Origin: Desulfobacterales bacterium
Lineage (GTDB): Bacteria; Desulfobacterota; Desulfobacteria; Desulfobacterales; UBA5616
Direction of reading: 5' to 3'
DNA length: 13,344 nt
Assembly (NCBI GenBank): GCA_046483495.1
Contig: JAWODC010000059.1
Span: forward strand, 1 to 13,344
Part shown: in pieces, positions 1-6,580 of the stretch
Numbering within the stretch: the stretch's first letter is position 1
How the letters are laid out: every line of letters starts with the position of its first letter
The notes under the pieces: model-generated
What the model saw: the letters and a program-made list of their open reading frames with translations, nothing else
Database searches by the model: none
Told to the model about the DNA's origin: nothing
Translations under genes and position numbers: made by a program

Positions 1-230
1 CGACGCGCAATGGCAGCCGCCGCGCCCACGGTCGGATGGCCGGCAAACGGCAATTCCCCGCCGGGGGTGAAGATCCGAAGCCTGGCGTCGCAGTCGGCGT
101 GCTGCGCTTCGAGCACGAACACCGTCTCGGAATAACCGAACTCCCGGGTGATCACCTGCATCGTCTCGCCGGTAAGCGCGTCGGCGCCGAATACCACGGC
201 GAGCTGGTTGCCGGCAAAGCGCCTGTCGGT
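1..230 (-). pseudogene. PhzF-family (phenazine biosynthesis/epimerase-like) protein, fragment lacking its first ~10 codons and running off the window
   Basis: Not in the ORF track. The minus frame reads TDRRFAGNQLAVVFGADALTGETMQVITREFGYSETVFVLEAQHADCDARLRIFTPGGELPFAGHPTVGAAAAIAR, with the PhzF motifs F.GNQLAV, SETVFV and RIFTP..ELPFAGHPT. Upstream of 230 the frame gives GRGSI and then a TAA, with no start codon. Confidence 0.9.
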
Positions 231-232
231 AA

Positions 233-391
233 TACTGCCTCGACCTTACCGGGACGGATTTTACCGACCTCGATCAGGCCATCGCTTTTCAAGCATCGAC
301 GGAGGCTGAAAAATGCCTTTACCGAATGAGAGACGGCGCTGAAGAAATTGCTCGATTTTTAGATGATCTGAAAAGAAAAAACGAAATATAA
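233..391 (+). pseudogene. 3' fragment of a probable C-GCAxxG-C-C family redox protein
   Basis: Reads YCLDLTGTDFTDLDQAIAFQASTEAEKCLYRMRDGAEEIARFLDDLKRKNEI*. This resembles the C-terminal 'C..LTG.D.....C......A' part of that family. It is preceded directly by an in-frame TAA (230-232) at the junction and has no start. Confidence 0.55.
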
Positions 392-682
392 ATTCCAATA
401 AGTTAAGTAGTGTCCATCATGGCGGAATACCAATCAGTGTTCAAAGGTGAGCTCATGGGCATGCAAGATACACCAAGGAATTGTTGGGCGTATATGGTTG
501 GATGACCTATTTTCCCTAGTCGAGTTTTTTACCCGCAAATGACTATCTTTTTTTTCATCCACTGCTCTCAGCCGGAGCATCCTGTATAAACCGGCCCATA
601 TCAGCCGCCAAATCCTGATACACCTGTGTTGCGGAAAGGAAGACTCATCTCGGGATATTCCAAAAGCCCCTGAAATAAAAAA

Positions 683-1357
683 TTAAAAGGGCGGGTATGA
701 ATCAAATGCGGGCTTTTTTACAGCGCTGAAACCATAGGCGATATCTTGATTTATAATTTCATCTTCATCATCCAGATCCAGAACAATGCATCGATCATAG
801 TAGTCGGATGCAATGAACACCGCATGTTGATATTCGCCGAATGCCCCCATATACACCGCAGCATTATCCCAGATATAATCCTTATCATAATCCACGAAAA
901 TGAGATCGCCGGTTTCCAGGCCGGACCAGTCGGCATTTTTTAAATCATTTTCCGTAACGGTGCTGTTTTCAGTATAAATAAATTCAAGCTTTGAGTGATC
1001 ATCTTCACTTGATCTGTCATAACCTGCTTCGGTGTAGTAGTTTTCGTATAGGCCGTCGATCGAAGTCTCGGGCAGGTCGTAACCCATGTACTTAAGTGTC
1101 TCCACAAAATTTATGGCATCATTGGTGTCAATTTGACCATCACCGTCACTGTCGGTATATCCATCGACGGCATTAAAGGAAAAATCGACACCATTCCAGT
1201 TATCGTAAAGATTGGTAATAAAATTGTCGGCATCCAATGGTTGACGGGTATTCCCGGTATAGGTGTTATCGGATGAGTCGCCGCATCCCCACGCAATTAA
1301 TGCAATCAGTAAGCAAATACAAACGGATCTAAAGAATAAAAAGAACGAACGTTGCAT
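683..1357 (-). CDS. Acidic lipoprotein with a degenerate NlpC/P60-like domain and an EF-hand-type Ca-binding loop
   Basis: GGAG lies upstream of ATG-ATG (1360/1357). A hydrophobic signal ends in a lipobox-like IAWG-C. Motifs DAINFV..MGYDLPETS..LETGDLIFV..DNAAVYMG..VFIAS are collinear with NlpC/P60 DCSGFV..G..LPRTS..L.PGDLVFF..HVGIY.G..FIHAS. DSDGDGQIDTND is at 1118-1153. Confidence 0.75.
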   Translation of the reverse strand: MQRSFFLFFRSVCICLLIALIAWGCGDSSDNTYTGNTRQPLDADNFITNLYDNWNGVDFSFNAVDGYTDSDGDGQIDTNDAINFVETLKYMGYDLPETSIDGLYENYYTEAGYDRSSEDDHSKLEFIYTENSTVTENDLKNADWSGLETGDLIFVDYDKDYIWDNAAVYMGAFGEYQHAVFIASDYYDRCIVLDLDDEDEIINQDIAYGFSAVKKPAFDSYPPF

Positions 1358-1454
1358 CATAATCTCCAATAAACTTTCGAATAAAAATGTACAAATATTC
1401 AATCAGACCGGATCCGGACCGGACTTTTAAAACACATACATAGAAGCATAAAAC

Positions 1455-1481
1455 AGGCAGGCGGTTTTGTGCCGCCTGCCT
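1455..1481 (-). terminator. Probable rho-independent terminator of the upstream secreted-protein gene
   Basis: Perfect 10-bp stem AGGCAGGCGG / CCGCCTGCCT with a 7-nt loop, about 20 nt after the stop at 1503. It is followed on the minus strand by GTTTTAT. Confidence 0.75.
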
Positions 1482-1502
1482 ATCGATCAATTTAATTTTA
1501 TT

Positions 1503-2954
1503 TTAGTTTCCGAATAAACTGGATATAAAGCAATGAGGCCAGTTCGTGTTGGAGTCGCTGTCGTCTTCCGGACTGTAGCCCGGGTCACCGGCAACCCCAT
1601 CGGCATTCACGCCTTGCATGAAAATGTCATCGCCGGTGCCTTCGATTACCAACAGAGTCCTCGGCTCTGATGAATAGGAAGTATCATCGACCCATACCGC
1701 CACTGCCCCGCCTTGACCGTTGGAGGTCACTTTCGGGGGATAATCGATGTAGTTGCCGTCGGCAAGCACGGCGCCATCCACACCCCAGAGGAGGCTGCCC
1801 GCTGCATCGACCCGCTGAGCTTTGATCTGCTGGCTTGGATTGCCCCAGGCCGTGATGAAACCGCCCTGCCCGTCTGCGACGGTGTTATGCGGATGCCATG
1901 CAATTTCATCAAGATCACCTGCCGAACTCAAGGCTACGGGATTTGCCCAAACTGGGTCGCCGTTGACATCCATATACTGGGCATAAACGACATCGTTATC
2001 CCAATCCCCCCAATTGATAAATGCTCCGCCGCTGCCATCCGGAGCCAGGTCCACGGGCCACGGATCAGGCGATAAGGCGACCAGCCCGCCACCTTCCCCC
2101 CACAAAACTTGTCCGCTGTCACCATCGATTTTCTGAGCCCGGACCACATAATCGGTATCTCCAGACTCCATCCATGCGACTATGGCGCCGCCATTATAGT
2201 CGGGAATCAGGCGGGGGCAATAGGGGCCGGACCCCGAAGACAAATCCAAAGGTTCGCCATAAAAATTCCCCTCGCTGTCAATACGGTTTGCCATTACATT
2301 CGAAGATTCCAGCCAAACGAGAATCGCTCCGCCTTCACCATCGGGGGCAATTTTAGTGGCCGATGAACTGCTGCTGAATACCAGCGGATTATCCGCATCG
2401 GTCCACGGCAGGGTGCCGTCCGCGGCCACCTTGTTGACATACCCGTAATAGCTCATTACTATGGCTCCGCCCGCGCCATCGGGAGCGATCCACGAATCGC
2501 TGTCATCAATAACCGCTACACCGCCGGCATTCCAGGCGAGGCTGCCGTCGGCATTCACGCGTTGCACGCGGGTATAGGAACAATCGTAGAACGATACCAG
2601 AAGTCCGCCGCTGCCGTCCGGTGCCGATTCCTGCATATGATAGCACGTGCCGCTGCCGACCTGTACCGGGTCATTCCACATCGGGTCGCCGGCGGGAGTG
2701 TAATGTTGGGCGAAAACGACATCAACATCAAAATCCTGCCAAACGACATAGTATCCGCCTGATCCGTCATAAACCACCTGCGGCCGGCACTGTTTGTCGA
2801 ATTCAGTGGTTACCGGAATGGGGTCACTGCTCCAGGCCGCGAATCCCGCCTGTGGAAAAAGAAGGCAGAAACATACGAAAAAAACTGTTGCTGCCAATGC
2901 CTTTCCATTGCTCCAATCTCCGAAACAAAACCTTTTGGAATTAACAATCGTCAT
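1503..2954 (-). CDS. Secreted repeat protein (8 DGxGG repeats, probable beta-propeller) with a C-terminal CFI-box-like tail
   Basis: GGAGG lies 6 nt before the ATG at 2954, which I prefer to the ORF-track start at 3053. The signal peptide ends AGFA|A. The repeats are DGSGGYYVVW, DGSGGLLVSF, DGAGGAIVMS, DGEGGAILVW, DYNGGAIVAW, DGSGGAFINW, DGQGGFITAW and NGQGGAVAVW, most followed by an AQR.D..G...W-like unit. The protein ends with an acidic linker and CFISSLFGN. Confidence 0.85.
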   Translation of the reverse strand: MTIVNSKRFCFGDWSNGKALAATVFFVCFCLLFPQAGFAAWSSDPIPVTTEFDKQCRPQVVYDGSGGYYVVWQDFDVDVVFAQHYTPAGDPMWNDPVQVGSGTCYHMQESAPDGSGGLLVSFYDCSYTRVQRVNADGSLAWNAGGVAVIDDSDSWIAPDGAGGAIVMSYYGYVNKVAADGTLPWTDADNPLVFSSSSSATKIAPDGEGGAILVWLESSNVMANRIDSEGNFYGEPLDLSSGSGPYCPRLIPDYNGGAIVAWMESGDTDYVVRAQKIDGDSGQVLWGEGGGLVALSPDPWPVDLAPDGSGGAFINWGDWDNDVVYAQYMDVNGDPVWANPVALSSAGDLDEIAWHPHNTVADGQGGFITAWGNPSQQIKAQRVDAAGSLLWGVDGAVLADGNYIDYPPKVTSNGQGGAVAVWVDDTSYSSEPRTLLVIEGTGDDIFMQGVNADGVAGDPGYSPEDDSDSNTNWPHCFISSLFGN

Positions 2955-3299
2955 CCTGTTCCTCCCGAGAATGTGATGGGGTGATTTCTCCCCTGGTTTA
3001 AAGTAAATAATCGACAAGTCAGCCAGTTGCAAACGTCTGTAGATGCAGTTCATTTGTTTGTAATTTTTCAGGGCAGGGCAATAGCCCCTAATTATTGTAC
3101 AGCTCTACAGTCGATTTTAAATATACTGAATGAAGGTTTACATTTGAAACCGGAATATCTGTGAGGCATCCCTAACAGGTTTTGCACGTGTCTATATTTT
3201 AGAAGACGAACATAGTCAAGAATAATTATCAAAAGCATTAATTATTGCCCATCCGGAAATAATTCTAAAAATATCGCTTGAGATTAATATCAATAATAT

Positions 3300-3316
3300 A
3301 GTATACAAAATGTACT
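3300..3316. promoter_or_regulatory. Candidate HxlR/QsrR-type operator (autoregulatory)
   Basis: Imperfect palindrome AGTATA-caaaa-TGTACT, 25 nt upstream of the regulator start in an AT-rich divergent promoter region. It is one mismatch from the GTATA-N5-TATAC pattern of QsrR-type regulators. Confidence 0.5.
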
Positions 3317-3341
3317 TATCATAATCGAATCCTGAAAGGGG

Positions 3342-4049
3342 GTGACTGAAATAGCTCTAAAATATGGACACTTTTGCCCCATTGCATTGGCTCTGGAAAA
3401 AATAGGGGACAAATGGTCGCTGCTCATCGTACGGGATCTTCTGCAAAAGCCCCGGCGATTTACCGATTTGATGCTGTCCTTGGGAAAAATTACGCCGCGC
3501 TGGCTTACGCTGAGACTTCGTGAACTGGAGGCCGACGGAATCGTTGAACGGGACAGTCGCAAAGGCCGGCGCGAGGTTTGGTACCGCTTGACACCGGTGG
3601 GAAAAGAGCTCCTGCCGGTAATGGAAACGCTGCTGAACTGGGGGCTTCGACATGCCATGAGGCCTCCCATGCCGGGGGAGGTGGTCAATCCCGAGCTGAT
3701 GTTGCGGGGCATGGCACGCTTTCTTAATGCCAAGGCCAAACGTCTTTCAGGATCACGGCAATGGTGTATGGCATTTCCCCAAGGTGCATTTACGATGACA
3801 TTTGACGGAAAACAATGGTCCATGTCTGAAGGATCTCCCCGTCATCCAGATGTCGTCATCGAAACAACCCCTGAAACGTGGGCAAAAATATCCACCGTAA
3901 GCCGTGCCGAGCGTCAACGGTTATTAAACGCTGTTCATCTGGTTGGGAATCCCGATCGTATCGAAGAATTTAAGGATGTTTTCGGCTTAACTCCAAAAAA
4001 AAGCAGTCATAAAAAGCCAAACCCATTGCAAAAAAGGAATGAAAAATGA
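3342..4049 (+). CDS. HxlR (MarR/DUF24) family winged-helix regulator with a C-terminal SCP2-like domain
   Basis: GTG start after AAGGGGG. YGHFCPIALALEKIGDKWSLLIVRDL, RRFTDL, LTLRLRELEADGIVER and YRLTPVGKEL are HxlR hallmarks. The C-terminal PDVVIETTPETW...VHLVGN resembles the SCP2 sterol-carrier fold. Confidence 0.9.
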   Translation: MTEIALKYGHFCPIALALEKIGDKWSLLIVRDLLQKPRRFTDLMLSLGKITPRWLTLRLRELEADGIVERDSRKGRREVWYRLTPVGKELLPVMETLLNWGLRHAMRPPMPGEVVNPELMLRGMARFLNAKAKRLSGSRQWCMAFPQGAFTMTFDGKQWSMSEGSPRHPDVVIETTPETWAKISTVSRAERQRLLNAVHLVGNPDRIEEFKDVFGLTPKKSSHKKPNPLQKRNEK

Positions 4050-5155
4050 ATGATCAGGTGTATATCCGCATTGCAGAAAACGTCGATCAAGGATACCAAA
4101 CCGCCCCAAAGTCGGACGGGAAACTCTCGGAGGCCTTTGTGGCCTACCTGAAAATCATCTATACCCCTGAAGAGGCGCAGATTGTTCAACACCTTTACAT
4201 GCCGCCTGTTTTAAAAACAATCGATGACGTTTCAAAGGCATCCGGCATACAGGCACGGGATGTTCAGTCCACTTTAGATGCGTTGGCGCAAAAGGGCTTT
4301 GTCAGTCATTCCTCGAGGGGAGGATACGGTTTGCCGGTCATCCCGAATCTTTTAAATCTGCATATGTTTTATCCGGAAATAAAACCGGACGATTTGAAAG
4401 CCGCCGAGCTCTATCAACAGTATTTCATCAAGGAAAAGTTCTATAAATACTATGGAACCTCCGAAAAGGGCACACCCGCGCTCAGAGCCATCCCCGTGGA
4501 GCAGGCCCTTTATGCGGAGGAAAAGGTATTTACTGCGGAAGAGGCTCATGAGTACATCCAAAATCTTCAAACAGAAGATCTGGCCCTGGTCCCCTGCCCA
4601 TGCCGTACACGAACCGAGAAATTGGAAATCCGGGAATGCCGTGATCGATTCCCGGTGGCAAGCTGTATTTTTATCGGCAGCACGGCCAGATCCTTTATGA
4701 AATTGGGTTTAGGCAAACGTGTAACCAAGGAACAGGCCGTTTCTTATCTTGACGAAATGGTCGAACTGGGCCTGATCCCGACCGCGGAAAATTATATCGC
4801 CGATCCCCACAGCATCATGTGCCTTTGCTGTGGATGCTGCTGCTCCAATGTGCGGGGACGAACCCGTTGGGACAATCCAACGGCCGTACTGCCCTCATCC
4901 TTTATCCCCCAGGCGGGGGACGACTGTATCCTCTGCGGAACCTGCATCGATCGCTGTTTCTTCGGTGCTCTCGCGCTGGATGAAGACGCAGGCCGGGCCG
5001 TGGTGGATCCTGAAAAGTGCATCGGCTGCGGAGTCTGTACCATCACCTGTCCCCAGGAAACATTGAAACTGCATCGGTTCGAACGGCCGTCAACCCCCTT
5101 CGACGACAGGGTGGAAATGGTCATGACCATGGCTCGTGATAACAATAGAATGTGA
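4046..5155 (+). CDS. Multi-iron-sulfur protein: N-terminal HTH-like region, Cys-rich middle domain, C-terminal 2x[4Fe-4S] ferredoxin domain
   Basis: ATGA overlap with the regulator stop. Contains CPCR...C...C and CLCCGCCC, then CILCGTCIDRC and CIGCGVCTITCP. Confidence 0.85.
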   Translation: MNDQVYIRIAENVDQGYQTAPKSDGKLSEAFVAYLKIIYTPEEAQIVQHLYMPPVLKTIDDVSKASGIQARDVQSTLDALAQKGFVSHSSRGGYGLPVIPNLLNLHMFYPEIKPDDLKAAELYQQYFIKEKFYKYYGTSEKGTPALRAIPVEQALYAEEKVFTAEEAHEYIQNLQTEDLALVPCPCRTRTEKLEIRECRDRFPVASCIFIGSTARSFMKLGLGKRVTKEQAVSYLDEMVELGLIPTAENYIADPHSIMCLCCGCCCSNVRGRTRWDNPTAVLPSSFIPQAGDDCILCGTCIDRCFFGALALDEDAGRAVVDPEKCIGCGVCTITCPQETLKLHRFERPSTPFDDRVEMVMTMARDNNRM

Positions 5156-5210
5156 ATAACAGAACTGAAGCCTATCTTTTTATATCAAAACAAGTCAAGG
5201 AGGGCATGTA

Positions 5211-6104
5211 ATGTCTCGATTACTCAACATTCTTGGAAGTAAATATCCCATAATACAGGGGCCTATCGGTGAATTAAACGACCCAAAGATGGTTGCTGCC
5301 GTCTCTGAAGCAGGCGGATTTGGAATGCTTGCACTGGGTTTTGTGCATGATGTCAACCAGGTAAAAAAATGGGTCGAGGAAGTCAAAACGCTTACGGATA
5401 AGCCATTTGGCGCCAATCTTATGATTGCCATGAATCCAAACAACGAGGCAATTTTGGAGGCATTGACCGAAGCCGGTGTAAAAACCGTTACCACTTCCGC
5501 CGGATCGCCCAAAAAAATATATCCCAAAATCAAAGAACTGGGCATGAACGCCCTCCATGTGACGTTAGCCGCGCCTTTGGCATCGAAGGCCACGGAAGCC
5601 GGGGCAGACGGCGTCGTCGTTTCAGGGACGGAATCGGGAGGACTGAGAACCACGGGCCCCGAATCCACAAATTTGATACTCATTCCTTTAGTCTGCGATA
5701 TGGTGGATGTTCCTGTTGTGGCTGCCGGCGGTATCGCTGATCGCCGAGGATACCGTGCCGCAATAGCATTAGGCGCAGAAGGGGTTCAAATAGGCACGGC
5801 ATTTCTGGCTTCTGAAGAAAGCCCGGCACCCAAGGCCTGGAAAGAGGCCATTATTTCAGCCGGCGATGGAGGCACGACACTGCTTCCTCTGGGTGGCATG
5901 GCAATGCGAACGATCATCAATACAAAAATGCAGGATTTGATGTTGAAGGGAGCAGATCTTTCTAAAGAATACAGCATGGCAAATGCAGGCAAGGCATGGA
6001 CAGAAGGAGATTTTGATCTTTTCCCTGCCGGTGCAGGACAAATCAGCGCATTGATCAGGAAAATCAAACCTGTGAAGGACATCATTGAAGAGATGGTTTC
6101 ATGA
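5211..6104 (+). CDS. Nitronate monooxygenase / FabK-like FMN-dependent oxidoreductase (atypical active site)
   Basis: AAGGAGG RBS. Motifs YPIIQG, AVSEAGGFG, TDKPFGANL, VPVVAAGGIAD, LGAEGVQIGTAFLASEES and AGQISALI..IKPVKDII. The usual EAGGH motif reads ESGGL. Confidence 0.9.
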   Translation: MSRLLNILGSKYPIIQGPIGELNDPKMVAAVSEAGGFGMLALGFVHDVNQVKKWVEEVKTLTDKPFGANLMIAMNPNNEAILEALTEAGVKTVTTSAGSPKKIYPKIKELGMNALHVTLAAPLASKATEAGADGVVVSGTESGGLRTTGPESTNLILIPLVCDMVDVPVVAAGGIADRRGYRAAIALGAEGVQIGTAFLASEESPAPKAWKEAIISAGDGGTTLLPLGGMAMRTIINTKMQDLMLKGADLSKEYSMANAGKAWTEGDFDLFPAGAGQISALIRKIKPVKDIIEEMVS

Positions 6105-6160
6105 TATGTGCAGAACCGATTTGAATGGGATGCGATTTTTTAAATCAAAGGAGAGAGCTT

Positions 6161-6505
6161 ATGTCAGAAAATCAAGTGGAGTTGAATAACAATCGAAAAA
6201 AACAAATAGGACGTTTTATCGAGTCCATGCCGGATACGGCAAAGCTTATCGGTGATCAGATGAATGAGGCCTATAAGGATGGTGCAATTGACAGTAAAAC
6301 AAAACGCCTTATGGCAATGGCAATTGCCCTTGGGGCCGGATGCCGAAACTGTGTGCTGGGTCAAGCGGAAGGTGCATTGGAACTCGGGGCCACAAAAGAA
6401 GAATTTTTGGAGACGCTTTCTGTTGTCATCAGTATTAGAGGGACAACAGGTGTGGCAGAGTCCTTAAGGGTCATTCAGCTGTTGGATGAATTGGGCAAAT
6501 TATAA
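6161..6505 (+). CDS. Carboxymuconolactone decarboxylase / AhpD-like protein with CxxC
   Basis: AAGGAG precedes the ATG at 6161. Sequence DGAIDSKTKRLMAMAIALGAGCRNC...ALELGATKEEFLE. Confidence 0.88.
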   Translation: MSENQVELNNNRKKQIGRFIESMPDTAKLIGDQMNEAYKDGAIDSKTKRLMAMAIALGAGCRNCVLGQAEGALELGATKEEFLETLSVVISIRGTTGVAESLRVIQLLDELGKL

Positions 6506-6572
6506 CCGCTTGACTGGTCAGGGAGCCCCAACAATGAAAGGGGCATTAAGACCGCTCCCAAAGTCGACGGAG
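6506..6572 (+). promoter_or_regulatory. Candidate structured cis-regulatory RNA overlapping the SD of the molybdoenzyme gene
   Basis: Four complementary pairs lie within 65 nt: 6506-6515/6562-6570, 6521-6526/6554-6559, 6525-6529/6540-6544 and 6516-6519/6550-6553. I do not recognise an RNA family. Confidence 0.35.
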
Positions 6573-6580
6573 AAAATAAC

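Noticed and set aside
36..329. 97-aa plus-strand ORF from the track
   Set aside because: It is the antisense shadow of the PhzF-family frame and crosses the junction, with no recognisable motifs.
555..650. Short minus-strand frame (..QVYQDLAADMGRFIQDAPAESSG*) that looks like a gene tail
   Set aside because: Too short, no start, and no family can be supported.
1405..1424. CCGGA-type short repeats and the palindrome CCGGATCCGG upstream of the lipoprotein
   Set aside because: Too short and present once; could be chance.
2955..3053. N-terminal extension of the 516-aa ORF
   Set aside because: A strong GGAGG RBS and signal peptide point to the ATG at 2954.
3010..3200. Possible c-di-GMP riboswitch or sigma-54 promoter upstream of the surface-protein gene
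   Set aside because: No GEMM-type consensus or correctly spaced GG-N10-GC element was found; there is only a short GGGC-AATA-GCCC hairpin.
6506..6580. ZTP riboswitch, suggested by TGACTGG and GGGAGC
   Set aside because: It lacks the intervening P2 hairpin and the 3' GCCUGGGC element, and the downstream gene context does not fit.
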